Part shown: positions 29,090-38,244 of the stretch, in pieces
How positions within the stretch are numbered: position 1 is the first letter of the stretch
Layout: each line of letters begins with the position of its first letter
Source: Patescibacteria group bacterium
Lineage (GTDB): Bacteria; Patescibacteriota; Minisyncoccia; UBA6257; Colwellbacteraceae
NCBI GenBank assembly: GCA_023380305.1
Contig: JAMCQZ010000008.1
Coordinates: forward strand, 5,588 to 69,587
Length of the DNA stretch: 64,000 nucleotides
Direction: 5' to 3'
Notes under the pieces: model-generated
Told to the model about the DNA's origin: nothing
Seen by the model: only the letters and a program-made list of their open reading frames with translations
Database searches by the model: none
Position numbers and translations under genes: made by a program

Positions 29090-30225
29090 CAGATCTTGCC
29101 TTTCTTGATATCTTCGCGAATTTTCTCGACGTAGCTGTTGAAAAAAAAGAGGTTGTGCATGGTGAGGAGCTTTAAGCCGGTAATTTCTTTGGCACGGATC
29201 AGATGGCTGATGTAGCTTCTCTTATATTCTCCGCAAACCGGACAACCGCATTTTTTGTCGAGCGGACCCTTATCTTTCAAAAAAACCGCCTTATTCAAAT
29301 CGAGCCTCCCCGAAGAAATGAAGGCGATCCCCCTCCGGCCGTAATGCGTCGGCATGGTGCAATCAAAGGTGTCCACTCCGGATTTGATAATCTTCGGAAT
29401 ATCCTCAAGGTAGCCGATTCCTAAAAGATGTCTCGGCTTTTGTTCGTCGAGCTCGTTATTCACCCAGCCGAGCATCTTCACCATTGTTGCCTTATCGTCT
29501 CCGAATTCCCCGCCGATGGCGTAACCGTCGAATCCCAGAGAATCGATGAACTTGGCCGAGGCGATCCGCAAGTCCCTAAATTTTCCTCCCTGAACAACAC
29601 CGTAAAGGGCCTGTTTTGATTTTTTGGCTTTTAAGCAGGTCGCGGCCCAACGATGGGTTCTCTCCAGGGATTTTTCGGTGTAAGTGCGGCCGGCTATGGG
29701 CGAAGTGCACTCGTCGAAAGCGAGAATAATATCCGCTCCCAGGTCTTCCTGGATTTTGATCGATTCTTTCGGCCCCAGAAACATTTCGCGGCCGTCGAGA
29801 TATGATTTGAAGTAAACGCCGTCATCGGTGATTTTCAGGTGTCTCGGTTGCCTCCCCTCTTCGAGGATTTCTTCCGAGCTCGATTTCAGAATCTTGCCCA
29901 TGCCGAAATCGCGGCCAAAGCCCAAGCTGAAAACCTGGAACCCGCCGGAATCGGTCATCAGCCCCGATTTCCAATTCATGAATTTGTGCAGGCCGCCATT
30001 CTCCTTGATAATTTTTTCTCCGGGCCGCAGATGCAAATGGTAGGTGTTACAGATGAGAAGTTTCGATTTTATTTGAGCCACTTCCTCGGAAGTCAGGGTT
30101 TTGACGACCGCCTGGGTGGCCACCCCGACCAGAGTCGGAGTCTCGATCTCGCCGTGGGGAGTCTTTAAAATTCCGAGCCGGGCGCGGCTCTTGTCGGACT
30201 TTTTTAAAATCTTGAATTCGATCAT
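29089..30225 (-). CDS. tgt: Queuine tRNA-ribosyltransferase
   Basis: TPHGEIETPTLVGVATQAVVKTL...; Zn site CGCPVCGEY...H; 378 aa. Overlaps the queA start by 1 nt. Confidence 0.9.
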   Translation of the reverse strand: MIEFKILKKSDKSRARLGILKTPHGEIETPTLVGVATQAVVKTLTSEEVAQIKSKLLICNTYHLHLRPGEKIIKENGGLHKFMNWKSGLMTDSGGFQVFSLGFGRDFGMGKILKSSSEEILEEGRQPRHLKITDDGVYFKSYLDGREMFLGPKESIKIQEDLGADIILAFDECTSPIAGRTYTEKSLERTHRWAATCLKAKKSKQALYGVVQGGKFRDLRIASAKFIDSLGFDGYAIGGEFGDDKATMVKMLGWVNNELDEQKPRHLLGIGYLEDIPKIIKSGVDTFDCTMPTHYGRRGIAFISSGRLDLNKAVFLKDKGPLDKKCGCPVCGEYKRSYISHLIRAKEITGLKLLTMHNLFFFNSYVEKIREDIKKGKI

Positions 30226-30249
30226 GCCGCATAAGTCATAACATGAAAA

Positions 30250-30285
30250 TCATCGGTCGGCAAAAACCCCGCGGTTTGACCGCGG
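30250..30285 (-). terminator. Rho-independent terminator downstream of DUF5667 gene
   Basis: aaaccccgcgg-tttgac-cgcggggttt, followed on the minus strand by a U-tract. Confidence 0.55.
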
Positions 30286-30307
30286 GGTTTAAAATATCGG
30301 CAGCGCG

Positions 30308-31345
30308 CTAATGGCTGACCGCGGCGTTGGAATTCGCCGTTGGATTGACTTTGGCCGCTGGCTGCGCTTTACCGCGCGCGGAATCGGCCGAAGATGAATG
30401 AGGAGTAACTGCATTCAAGTTCTGCGTTTTTAAAGTCGGCAAGATGTTCTTGACAGCGTTCACAATGTCGCTTGCTGTCGGCGCGGCGGATGTTGCGGAA
30501 ATACTGTCCGTCGTTGGGGCCTGCGGCAACTGGTTCTCTGGAACGGTTTGATTTGTGGTCGTCGGCACGGCGGCCGGAGCTACGGCGGGCGTCGTCGGAA
30601 TCACAGGGCATCCCGTCATCATCTTTAGAAGAATCGGTCTTTGAAGATTATAGGCGGTGTCGCTGATTTTCTTTTCTTGATAAAGGCTGTCCAGCTCGGC
30701 AACCTTCGCGCTGATGCGGTTACAGTATTCTCCCGGAGTGCCCGCCGAAAGCCTTAACCTTTCTTGGATTTTTTCAACGGCCTGAGCCGCGGCCTGACTC
30801 TTGGTGGCGGCGACAGCCGCCGCATCCTCAATAGCGCTCTGACTCGACGAAACAGCCTCTTTGATATCCTTCGCTTCTCCAGCCTTCTGAATCAAGGATT
30901 TGAACAAATCTTCATGTTTGGCCGCAGCGTCGGTAAATTTTTGGATCAATTTATCGATATTCGGATTGTTCGAAGTATTTTTTAACGCCTCGAAATGCGC
31001 CTTCAATCTTTCCTGGCTCGCCTGGTAATTAGCGAGAGCTTTGGTAAGAGCGGTTACATTCTGCGGCTCTGTCTGATCCACGGCCTTGACTTCGGCCGCT
31101 TTTTCTTCAGCAATCTTCAACTCGGTATTGGCCTTTGCTTCAGCTCCGAAAGAAAAGGCCCTTTGGAGACTCCGCCTCCATTCCTTAAGAAAATAAAACG
31201 GGCTCGACGGCAAAAGACCCGAATCAGCCTCGGCTGTAGGGGCAGCCGTAGTCGTATCAGTCGCGGTAGTCGTAGTCTGTGCTAAGGCGTTTCCGGAAAT
31301 CAAAATGATTCCGAGAAATGCGATTAATAAAAGTTTGTTTCTCAT
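30308..31345 (-). CDS. DUF5667-domain secreted protein (coiled-coil; Thr/Ala/Pro-rich C-terminus)
   Basis: Signal peptide, then the hallmark SPFYFLKEWRR motif of DUF5667. Confidence 0.7.
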   Translation of the reverse strand: MRNKLLLIAFLGIILISGNALAQTTTTATDTTTAAPTAEADSGLLPSSPFYFLKEWRRSLQRAFSFGAEAKANTELKIAEEKAAEVKAVDQTEPQNVTALTKALANYQASQERLKAHFEALKNTSNNPNIDKLIQKFTDAAAKHEDLFKSLIQKAGEAKDIKEAVSSSQSAIEDAAAVAATKSQAAAQAVEKIQERLRLSAGTPGEYCNRISAKVAELDSLYQEKKISDTAYNLQRPILLKMMTGCPVIPTTPAVAPAAVPTTTNQTVPENQLPQAPTTDSISATSAAPTASDIVNAVKNILPTLKTQNLNAVTPHSSSADSARGKAQPAAKVNPTANSNAAVSH

Positions 31346-31361
31346 GGTTTCATTATAACAA

Positions 31362-31396
31362 ACTCCAAAACAAAAAGAGGCCCCGAAGGTCTCTTT
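31362..31396 (-). terminator. Rho-independent terminator following the small Cys-rich ORF
   Basis: Minus strand: caaaaagagaccttcggggcctctttttgttttgg (hairpin followed by a U-tract). Confidence 0.5.
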
Positions 31397-31411
31397 TTGC
31401 TTTATTTATGT

Positions 31412-31528
31412 CTATCCTTCGCTGCTACATTCGCACTCGTCAGATCTCTTGCCACAACCGCTGCAGACGCCGTTTTTGATTTCCCTGCCGCATTTTTTGC
31501 AAGGTGTGCATCCGCAAGTCTGACACAT
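31412..31528 (-). CDS. Unannotated 38-aa cysteine-rich peptide (MCQTCGCTPCKKCGREIKNGVCSGCGKRSDECECSSEG)
   Basis: Clean ATG..TAG ORF on the minus strand with 10 Cys in 38 residues, followed immediately by a terminator. Below the ORF-track size cutoff. Confidence 0.4.
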   Translation of the reverse strand: MCQTCGCTPCKKCGREIKNGVCSGCGKRSDECECSSEG

Positions 31529-31620
31529 ATTGAAGTTGACGCTTACGACCTTTCCCGCATTATAGCACGCCCCGAAAACCGATCCCGGGACCGAGCCTTA
31601 ACACGGCTTCAGGCCTGCCT

Positions 31621-31791
31621 TTAACGGACTTGACACAACTTATAGAGAACGTAAACAACAACGCCCCAGCCGATGCTCACAAAAATGGCGCCGCCCAGAA
31701 ATCCCGACAAAGAAGAGGCCAATGTTTTTCCTATCTGGAATTTAAATCGTTTGTTCTCCCTGCAAACGAACTCATCGGATATTTTTTCCAT
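31621..31791 (-). CDS. Unannotated 56-aa small membrane protein (MEKISDEFVCRENKRFKFQIGKTLASSLSGFLGGAIFVSIGWGVVVYVLYKLCQVR)
   Basis: ATG..TAA ORF on the minus strand between trpS and the Cys-rich peptide. One predicted TM helix. No strong RBS. Confidence 0.3.
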   Translation of the reverse strand: MEKISDEFVCRENKRFKFQIGKTLASSLSGFLGGAIFVSIGWGVVVYVLYKLCQVR

Positions 31792-31822
31792 ATCTAATAA
31801 TTATATCACGAAGCGCGATCGA

Positions 31823-33297
<1,475 letters not shown>

Positions 33298-33377
33298 ATC
33301 CGTTCACCTCCTTTGAAATCAATGAGCGAAACTGGCCTTATTGTCTTCCAAACAACAATTTTCCGCAAGCGCGGAAC

Positions 33378-34169
33378 CTATAATTCGGCCATTTCTCCGG
33401 GAATAACCACGATCGCCATATTCCCCAGGCTGATAAATCCGTCCTCGAATTGTTTGGTCGTCACTCGCCGGTATCCCACGCCCGGCGCTGGATCCATTAG
33501 TTCCATTCCGTTATCGTCGAACCCCACGAGCACAACGGCGTGTTCCGCGAAGATCCACGGATTTTTAACTCCGTCCGGACCGATCATCACGCCCGGAGTC
33601 CTCCGTTTGAAATCTCCCGACAGCCAGACGATGGCTGGATATCCGGATTTTATGTACGACGCCAGCTCTTCGATGTCCCAGCCGGATTTGGAAACGCTTT
33701 TGCCGAATCCATGATTAGACAAGAATTTATAAATCGGTTGGTTGTAAACACCATAGCCGTCGACATAAATCCTTTTCGGATTCGGATCGCCGACAAATTC
33801 CGACTGCGGGTTTCCCCAGACGAGATCCCCGGATTTGTTGTAATAGCGGGGTGGCTTGCTCCAACCGATTTCTTCCAAAATATCGTCCTCGGAAAAGGAA
33901 ACCCCGTAATAAAGCAGGGCCGCCCTCGCGGCCGCGGCCTCGCAGGATGCTTTGTATCTCTGGATATATTCCGGAACGCTAAGGGGAAGTGAAATCGATG
34001 ACCTGCCGGCCGGAGCCTCGTCTCCGGAAAAGGTCTTTACGGGTTCGATTACAATTCCGACATCGGCGGCCAACGGCCTGCGGTTTTCCGCCGATACCAA
34101 AAAAAAGGCGGTAACCGCCATGAAAAAAACCGAAACCAAACTTAAGATCCGTGCTTGCCTAAAATCCAT
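33378..34169 (-). CDS. Papain-like (C39-family-like) cysteine peptidase domain protein, membrane anchored
   Basis: Candidate catalytic Cys in YKASCEAAAARAALLYYG, His in EHAVVLVGFDDNG, acidic residue downstream. N-terminal TM after MDFRQARILSLVSVFFMAVTAFFLV. Confidence 0.55.
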   Translation of the reverse strand: MDFRQARILSLVSVFFMAVTAFFLVSAENRRPLAADVGIVIEPVKTFSGDEAPAGRSSISLPLSVPEYIQRYKASCEAAAARAALLYYGVSFSEDDILEEIGWSKPPRYYNKSGDLVWGNPQSEFVGDPNPKRIYVDGYGVYNQPIYKFLSNHGFGKSVSKSGWDIEELASYIKSGYPAIVWLSGDFKRRTPGVMIGPDGVKNPWIFAEHAVVLVGFDDNGMELMDPAPGVGYRRVTTKQFEDGFISLGNMAIVVIPGEMAEL

Positions 34170-34225
34170 GGATCGCTGATTGCTTAATCCTATCATAAAT
34201 AATAAAGTAAACGCTGACAACCGAT

Positions 34226-34792
34226 ATGAACCAGGAAGACAAACCGAAAATCCTCCTACACGTCTGCTGCGCCGTCTGCGGAGCGTTGCTGCTTAAAATT
34301 CTCAAGGAACGATTCGAACCGATCGTTTTTTATTTCAACCCGAACATCTATCCGAAGAAAGAATATTTGAAACGCCTGGAGTCGGCTGAAAAACTCGCTT
34401 TGTTGAACCAGACAGATTTTATCGAAGGAAAATACGACTTTGATTCCTGGCGCGAAGCTGTTCATGGATTGGAGCGCGAACCCGAAGGAGGCCGACGATG
34501 TCCGGTCTGCTTCGGCTTGAGGCTCAGACGAACCGCCGCCGAAGCCCGCGAGAGGAATATCAGCTTTTTTGCCACTACGTTGAGCGTCAGCCCCTACAAG
34601 AACGAGGCCATTATCGACCGGCTGGCCGAAATGATTTCCAAAGAAACGGGTGTGGAATTTTTATCCCTCGGGCAAATTTTTCCGGACAAGAAGGATCTCT
34701 GGCGAAAAACCCGCGAGGCTGATCGCGAAGCCGGATTTTATCACCAGAAGTACTGCGGATGCGAATTTAGTCTGAAACAGCCATCCGCATAA
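34226..34792 (+). CDS. queH: Epoxyqueuosine reductase QueH (DUF208)
   Basis: LLHVCCAVCG..., CPVCFGLRL, YHQKYCGCEFS, the characteristic Cys motifs of QueH. Confidence 0.85.
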   Translation: MNQEDKPKILLHVCCAVCGALLLKILKERFEPIVFYFNPNIYPKKEYLKRLESAEKLALLNQTDFIEGKYDFDSWREAVHGLEREPEGGRRCPVCFGLRLRRTAAEARERNISFFATTLSVSPYKNEAIIDRLAEMISKETGVEFLSLGQIFPDKKDLWRKTREADREAGFYHQKYCGCEFSLKQPSA

Positions 34793-34801
34793 AGCTTGCG
34801 G

Positions 34802-35479
34802 TTAGAGATTATAAATAACGTCTTTCCTTTCGACTATTACCGGCCAACCGACGCGCTTCGCATATTTGTAGAGTTTGATGTTCGGATTGAAACAGAGCGG
34901 ATGCTCCACCATCTTCAAAAAACGGATATCGTCCTGTGTGTCTCCGACGCCGACCGATCCCTCAAGACTCAAGCGTTTCTCTTTCAGAATCCGCTTCAAT
35001 GTTTTCGCTTTGTCCCATTCGAGCTCGTCCGATCCCCGATAGACCACCCTGTCGTTTTGATCAAAACTCACCGCATAACCCGAAACCTCGTCGAAATGCC
35101 ATAATTTACAAAACTCCTGGACGATAATTTTTGGAGAAAAAGAAATGGCGATGGTAAAATATTTTTTCGCTTGAAGATCCAGGAGCAGATCGCGGGTGTA
35201 TCGGTAGATCCGGTATTGATGAAAATCCGCGACCTTCTTACTAATCCTGATCAGATCTTTTTTCCGCAGCCCGGCAAGGCTTTTATCCATGGCCGTAATG
35301 AATTCGGCAGTATATTCTTCAAAACTCGCCTGCCGATTGACCCAGTTATTGTAAGCCTGGACGTATTTTTTTAGATATTTAACCGGACAAAGCCCCTCTT
35401 CCACCAAGGTGTCGAAAAATTCGATCGCCAAGCTCGATCTAAACAATGTTCCATCTATGTCGAAAACAGCAATTTTCAT
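34802..35479 (-). CDS. HAD-IB family hydrolase
   Basis: MKIAVFDIDGTLF motif I. GDTQDDIRFL motif-III region. Confidence 0.8.
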   Translation of the reverse strand: MKIAVFDIDGTLFRSSLAIEFFDTLVEEGLCPVKYLKKYVQAYNNWVNRQASFEEYTAEFITAMDKSLAGLRKKDLIRISKKVADFHQYRIYRYTRDLLLDLQAKKYFTIAISFSPKIIVQEFCKLWHFDEVSGYAVSFDQNDRVVYRGSDELEWDKAKTLKRILKEKRLSLEGSVGVGDTQDDIRFLKMVEHPLCFNPNIKLYKYAKRVGWPVIVERKDVIYNL

Positions 35480-35521
35480 GGTTTATATTATAAGTCCAAC
35501 GCGGCTTTCTCCCAACTCGCC

Positions 35522-35548
35522 GCAAAAATAAAAGGCCCTCGCGGGCCT
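35522..35548 (-). terminator. Rho-independent terminator after zinc-ribbon gene
   Basis: Minus strand: aaggcccgcgagggcc hairpin followed by TTTTATTTTTG. Confidence 0.5.
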
Positions 35549-35809
35549 TCAGTCGGGTTCGGGAATTACTATATGAAGTCGCGCTTTGACAAGGCGCGTC
35601 ATTTTCCCAAGTTTTGGAAGGAACATCCGGAATTCCGCGCCGCACCGAAGGCAACGGTAAACCGTCCAGCCGTCCTTTTTCAAAAGTCCGGTGCACACGA
35701 TGATCAGATGGCTTTTTTTCGAAAAGAGCCTCTCTCCGCAAAACGGACAACCATCCTGCGGCAGACAGACCACCCTTCGGAGAATATCGGGCAAATCGAT
35801 CAATTTCAT
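35549..35809 (-). CDS. Small zinc-ribbon protein (hypothetical)
   Basis: Two CxxC pairs (CPFCG ... CLRCG). Downstream terminator supports transcription. Confidence 0.45.
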   Translation of the reverse strand: MKLIDLPDILRRVVCLPQDGCPFCGERLFSKKSHLIIVCTGLLKKDGWTVYRCLRCGAEFRMFLPKLGKMTRLVKARLHIVIPEPD

Positions 35810-35903
35810 GGTACCACCCTCTCCGTGATCATCCGCGAGCCATATTAAAACACGGCCCGCTTTTTTTGTCCAAGCGGGCCGCGAATATGGCTTTATACCG
35901 AGG

Positions 35904-36293
35904 TTATTTTCGGAAAGTTACTCCGAACTCCATGGTTTTGGCCTCGAAAAAGTTTTTGGCGAATTCCGCCGCCTTCTCTGGAGCGTAAGCCTTGCAGCTG
36001 AAAATATCGAGATAAGCCGCGTTGGTCTGGTTGGCAAAATGGCCGGAGATAAGGGACGTCTCTATAAGCTGGGTCATGGAGAATCCGGAAACCCTCGGAT
36101 TATCTCCAAAATCAACAACCGTCGTCTCCCCGAACCTTTTCATGTCGATAAGCTCGCAGAGCTCGACGACAAACTGCTTTATTTTATCCGCGCTTCTGAT
36201 CGTCTCCGGATTGCAGTCCTTCAGATCAACGGTGGTCGACATGCCCCACGGATTTTCTGCCTGATATTTCTTCACTATCTGTTCGTCCGACAT
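35904..36293 (-). CDS. speH: S-adenosylmethionine decarboxylase proenzyme family (SpeH-like, pyruvoyl-dependent)
   Basis: ...GFSMTQLIETSLISGHFANQTNAAYLDIFSCK matches the ESH(I/L)S..HT...D(I/V)F(T/S)C core. Start placed at MSDEQIV; the ORF could extend to 36350. Confidence 0.65.
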   Translation of the reverse strand: MSDEQIVKKYQAENPWGMSTTVDLKDCNPETIRSADKIKQFVVELCELIDMKRFGETTVVDFGDNPRVSGFSMTQLIETSLISGHFANQTNAAYLDIFSCKAYAPEKAAEFAKNFFEAKTMEFGVTFRK

Positions 36294-36395
36294 TGTTTTT
36301 GATATTTTTTTTGACGATTTAAATAATAAACACATTCCCAAAAATAGCAATACAAAATCCCGCGCCGGGCGCGGGATCCGGACCCATCGATAGAG

Positions 36396-36611
36396 CTACC
36401 CCTGCATTATCAAAACGTGCAAAACGAGGGCGGCGGAGAAGACGATGGCACCGTAAAAACAAGGGGTCTTTAAGGGATTGATCCCGGGGGCGCAGCCTTC
36501 GACGCAAACTTTTTTGCTCCGCCAGGCGACAAGCTCCTTGATAAAGTTTCCCCAGGCGAACATCGTTCCGACGATAAGAACGACGAGTTGGGCCGTTATC
36601 AATTTATCCAT
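36396..36611 (-). CDS. Small membrane protein (hypothetical)
   Basis: 71 aa, two TM helices with Cys-containing loop. Confidence 0.45.
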   Translation of the reverse strand: MDKLITAQLVVLIVGTMFAWGNFIKELVAWRSKKVCVEGCAPGINPLKTPCFYGAIVFSAALVLHVLIMQG

Positions 36612-36698
36612 GTTCTAATTATAGCATCTTGGCGGCGACAAGGGAGAAATACGAAATATCCCGCTGGACGCGGGATATTTCCGATGAAAACCCTATAA

Positions 36699-37055
36699 CT
36701 AAAAAGAGCATTCTCCTCTGTAAAGGGCCCACTCGTCGCACTCGACGTTGTTCGCCGAAATGCAAACTCCATATTGGCCGCCAGTGGCGTCGATCCTCAT
36801 CTCCAACCGACCGCCCTTATCCAAGCAGTTTTGGGAAGCGGGATTGGATATTTCGATTGATCCAGGGCAAGCCTTAAATTCGCAAGCGGGCGGCATGCGG
36901 CCGACATAACTACCGTCCGGACAAAGCTTCGCGTCCATCGTGCAAAAAACCGCCTCTCCGCCTTCCCGGCCGGATTCGTATTTCCAAAACGCAAGACCGA
37001 GCAGGGCCAGAACGACCGCCCCGATTACGAGCAACTTTAATTGTTTTTTGTTCAT
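36699..37055 (-). CDS. DUF333 domain protein (putative hemolysin-like), signal anchored
   Basis: C-terminal NPASQNCLDKGGRLEM...GVCISANNVECDEWALYRGEC fits the DUF333 consensus. Confidence 0.6.
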   Translation of the reverse strand: MNKKQLKLLVIGAVVLALLGLAFWKYESGREGGEAVFCTMDAKLCPDGSYVGRMPPACEFKACPGSIEISNPASQNCLDKGGRLEMRIDATGGQYGVCISANNVECDEWALYRGECSF

Positions 37056-37174
37056 GATAATAATCTAAATCAACAATTATTTTCCGCAATGTTTCCTTTC
37101 CTCAATTCCGGCTAAAGCGCGGCAAGATTCTTCGCGTGGAAAACGGATTGCATCGCTTCCGTCGCTAACTATCC

Positions 37175-37414
37175 TCATTTTTTAGCCATAAACATCAAAA
37201 CCACGACGATAACGACATCGGCCAGGTTAAGCCAGGCGGCGGCGCCGAATTCTCCAAAAATCAAATCATTCCAAACAAGCATTACCGCGCCGATGGCATA
37301 AAGCAACAAAAAACCCAGCTGAATTTTTTGTTTTCTTCTCAAAAACGCCCAAAGCTGCCACAACCAGGCGATAAGGATTATAAACAAGCCGAAATTGGAA
37401 AGGCTCATCCACAT
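37175..37414 (-). CDS. Small membrane protein (hypothetical)
   Basis: 79 aa, two or three TM helices. Confidence 0.45.
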   Translation of the reverse strand: MWMSLSNFGLFIILIAWLWQLWAFLRRKQKIQLGFLLLYAIGAVMLVWNDLIFGEFGAAAWLNLADVVIVVVLMFMAKK

Positions 37415-37442
37415 GATAAAGAAATCGACCTTTGATTCATGA

Positions 37443-38216
37443 TTATTCCGGCCAGTTCAAAGAGATTCCGGAATCTTTCAGCTCGCTCCTGTATAGGACA
37501 ACCTTTTGGCTTCCGGACGCGCCTGGAGCCACTTGATATTTTTGAAAATAGATCGTCAGGCTGTCTTGGTTGAAGGTAAAATTTTTATAATTTTCAAGGG
37601 TCGGAGCCGTCCCCTCTTCGAGCATTTCCTCGGTGCCACCGTCTCCCCAGGAGCCGGTCGGGTCTAAATTAGCCGCCACCTTGGGCTTTACCAATTTAGA
37701 GACTTTTTGAAGGTTTTCTTCGGATCCCATTAAATCCATGATGTTTATTTCCCGACGATTTTTAAGATCGTAATTAAAAGTATAAAGCTCCTCTGTCCCG
37801 TGCGCCGCTCCGGAGAAATAGTAAATTTTCATTATCAAACTCACGTAGCGGTCGTCTAAACGGTCGTGATCCCAGTAAGCGATGAAATCAAAGGGCGCTT
37901 CCGGCGCCGTCGGCACCGTTTCCCCGGGCAAGGCTGTTTCCCTTCTCGCCCGCCAGCTGTCATTGGAAGACTTCTTAAATTCGGCTATTTTCTGCTTAAC
38001 GAGATCTTTGATCTCGCTGTCAAACGCGCGACTCACTCCTGCAAATTGCGGATATTCCGCTCTCACGTGAAAAAAATCATTGTTCTCGGAAATATTGTAG
38101 TTTTTCAATATGATCCCCTTACCGGCGGGCAATCCTTGAAAGAACGGATAGACAGCCAGACCGACGACAAAAAAAATCGAAGCGATGAGCGCTGATTTCA
38201 AGATTTTTTTCTTCAT
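37443..38216 (-). CDS. DUF3298/DUF4163 domain protein (RsiV/PdaC-like extracytoplasmic domain)
   Basis: Signal anchor. ...IYYFSGAAHGTEELYTFNYDLKNRREINIMDL typical DUF3298 core. Confidence 0.65.
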   Translation of the reverse strand: MKKKILKSALIASIFFVVGLAVYPFFQGLPAGKGIILKNYNISENNDFFHVRAEYPQFAGVSRAFDSEIKDLVKQKIAEFKKSSNDSWRARRETALPGETVPTAPEAPFDFIAYWDHDRLDDRYVSLIMKIYYFSGAAHGTEELYTFNYDLKNRREINIMDLMGSEENLQKVSKLVKPKVAANLDPTGSWGDGGTEEMLEEGTAPTLENYKNFTFNQDSLTIYFQKYQVAPGASGSQKVVLYRSELKDSGISLNWPE

Positions 38217-38244
38217 GGGAAAATTATAGCATGAATTGCGCTCG

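Noticed and set aside
35439-35750. 103-aa minus-strand ORF overlapping the zinc-ribbon ORF in another frame
   Set aside because: The alternative frame (35549..35809) gives two CxxC pairs and is followed by a terminator. Only one of the two can be real.
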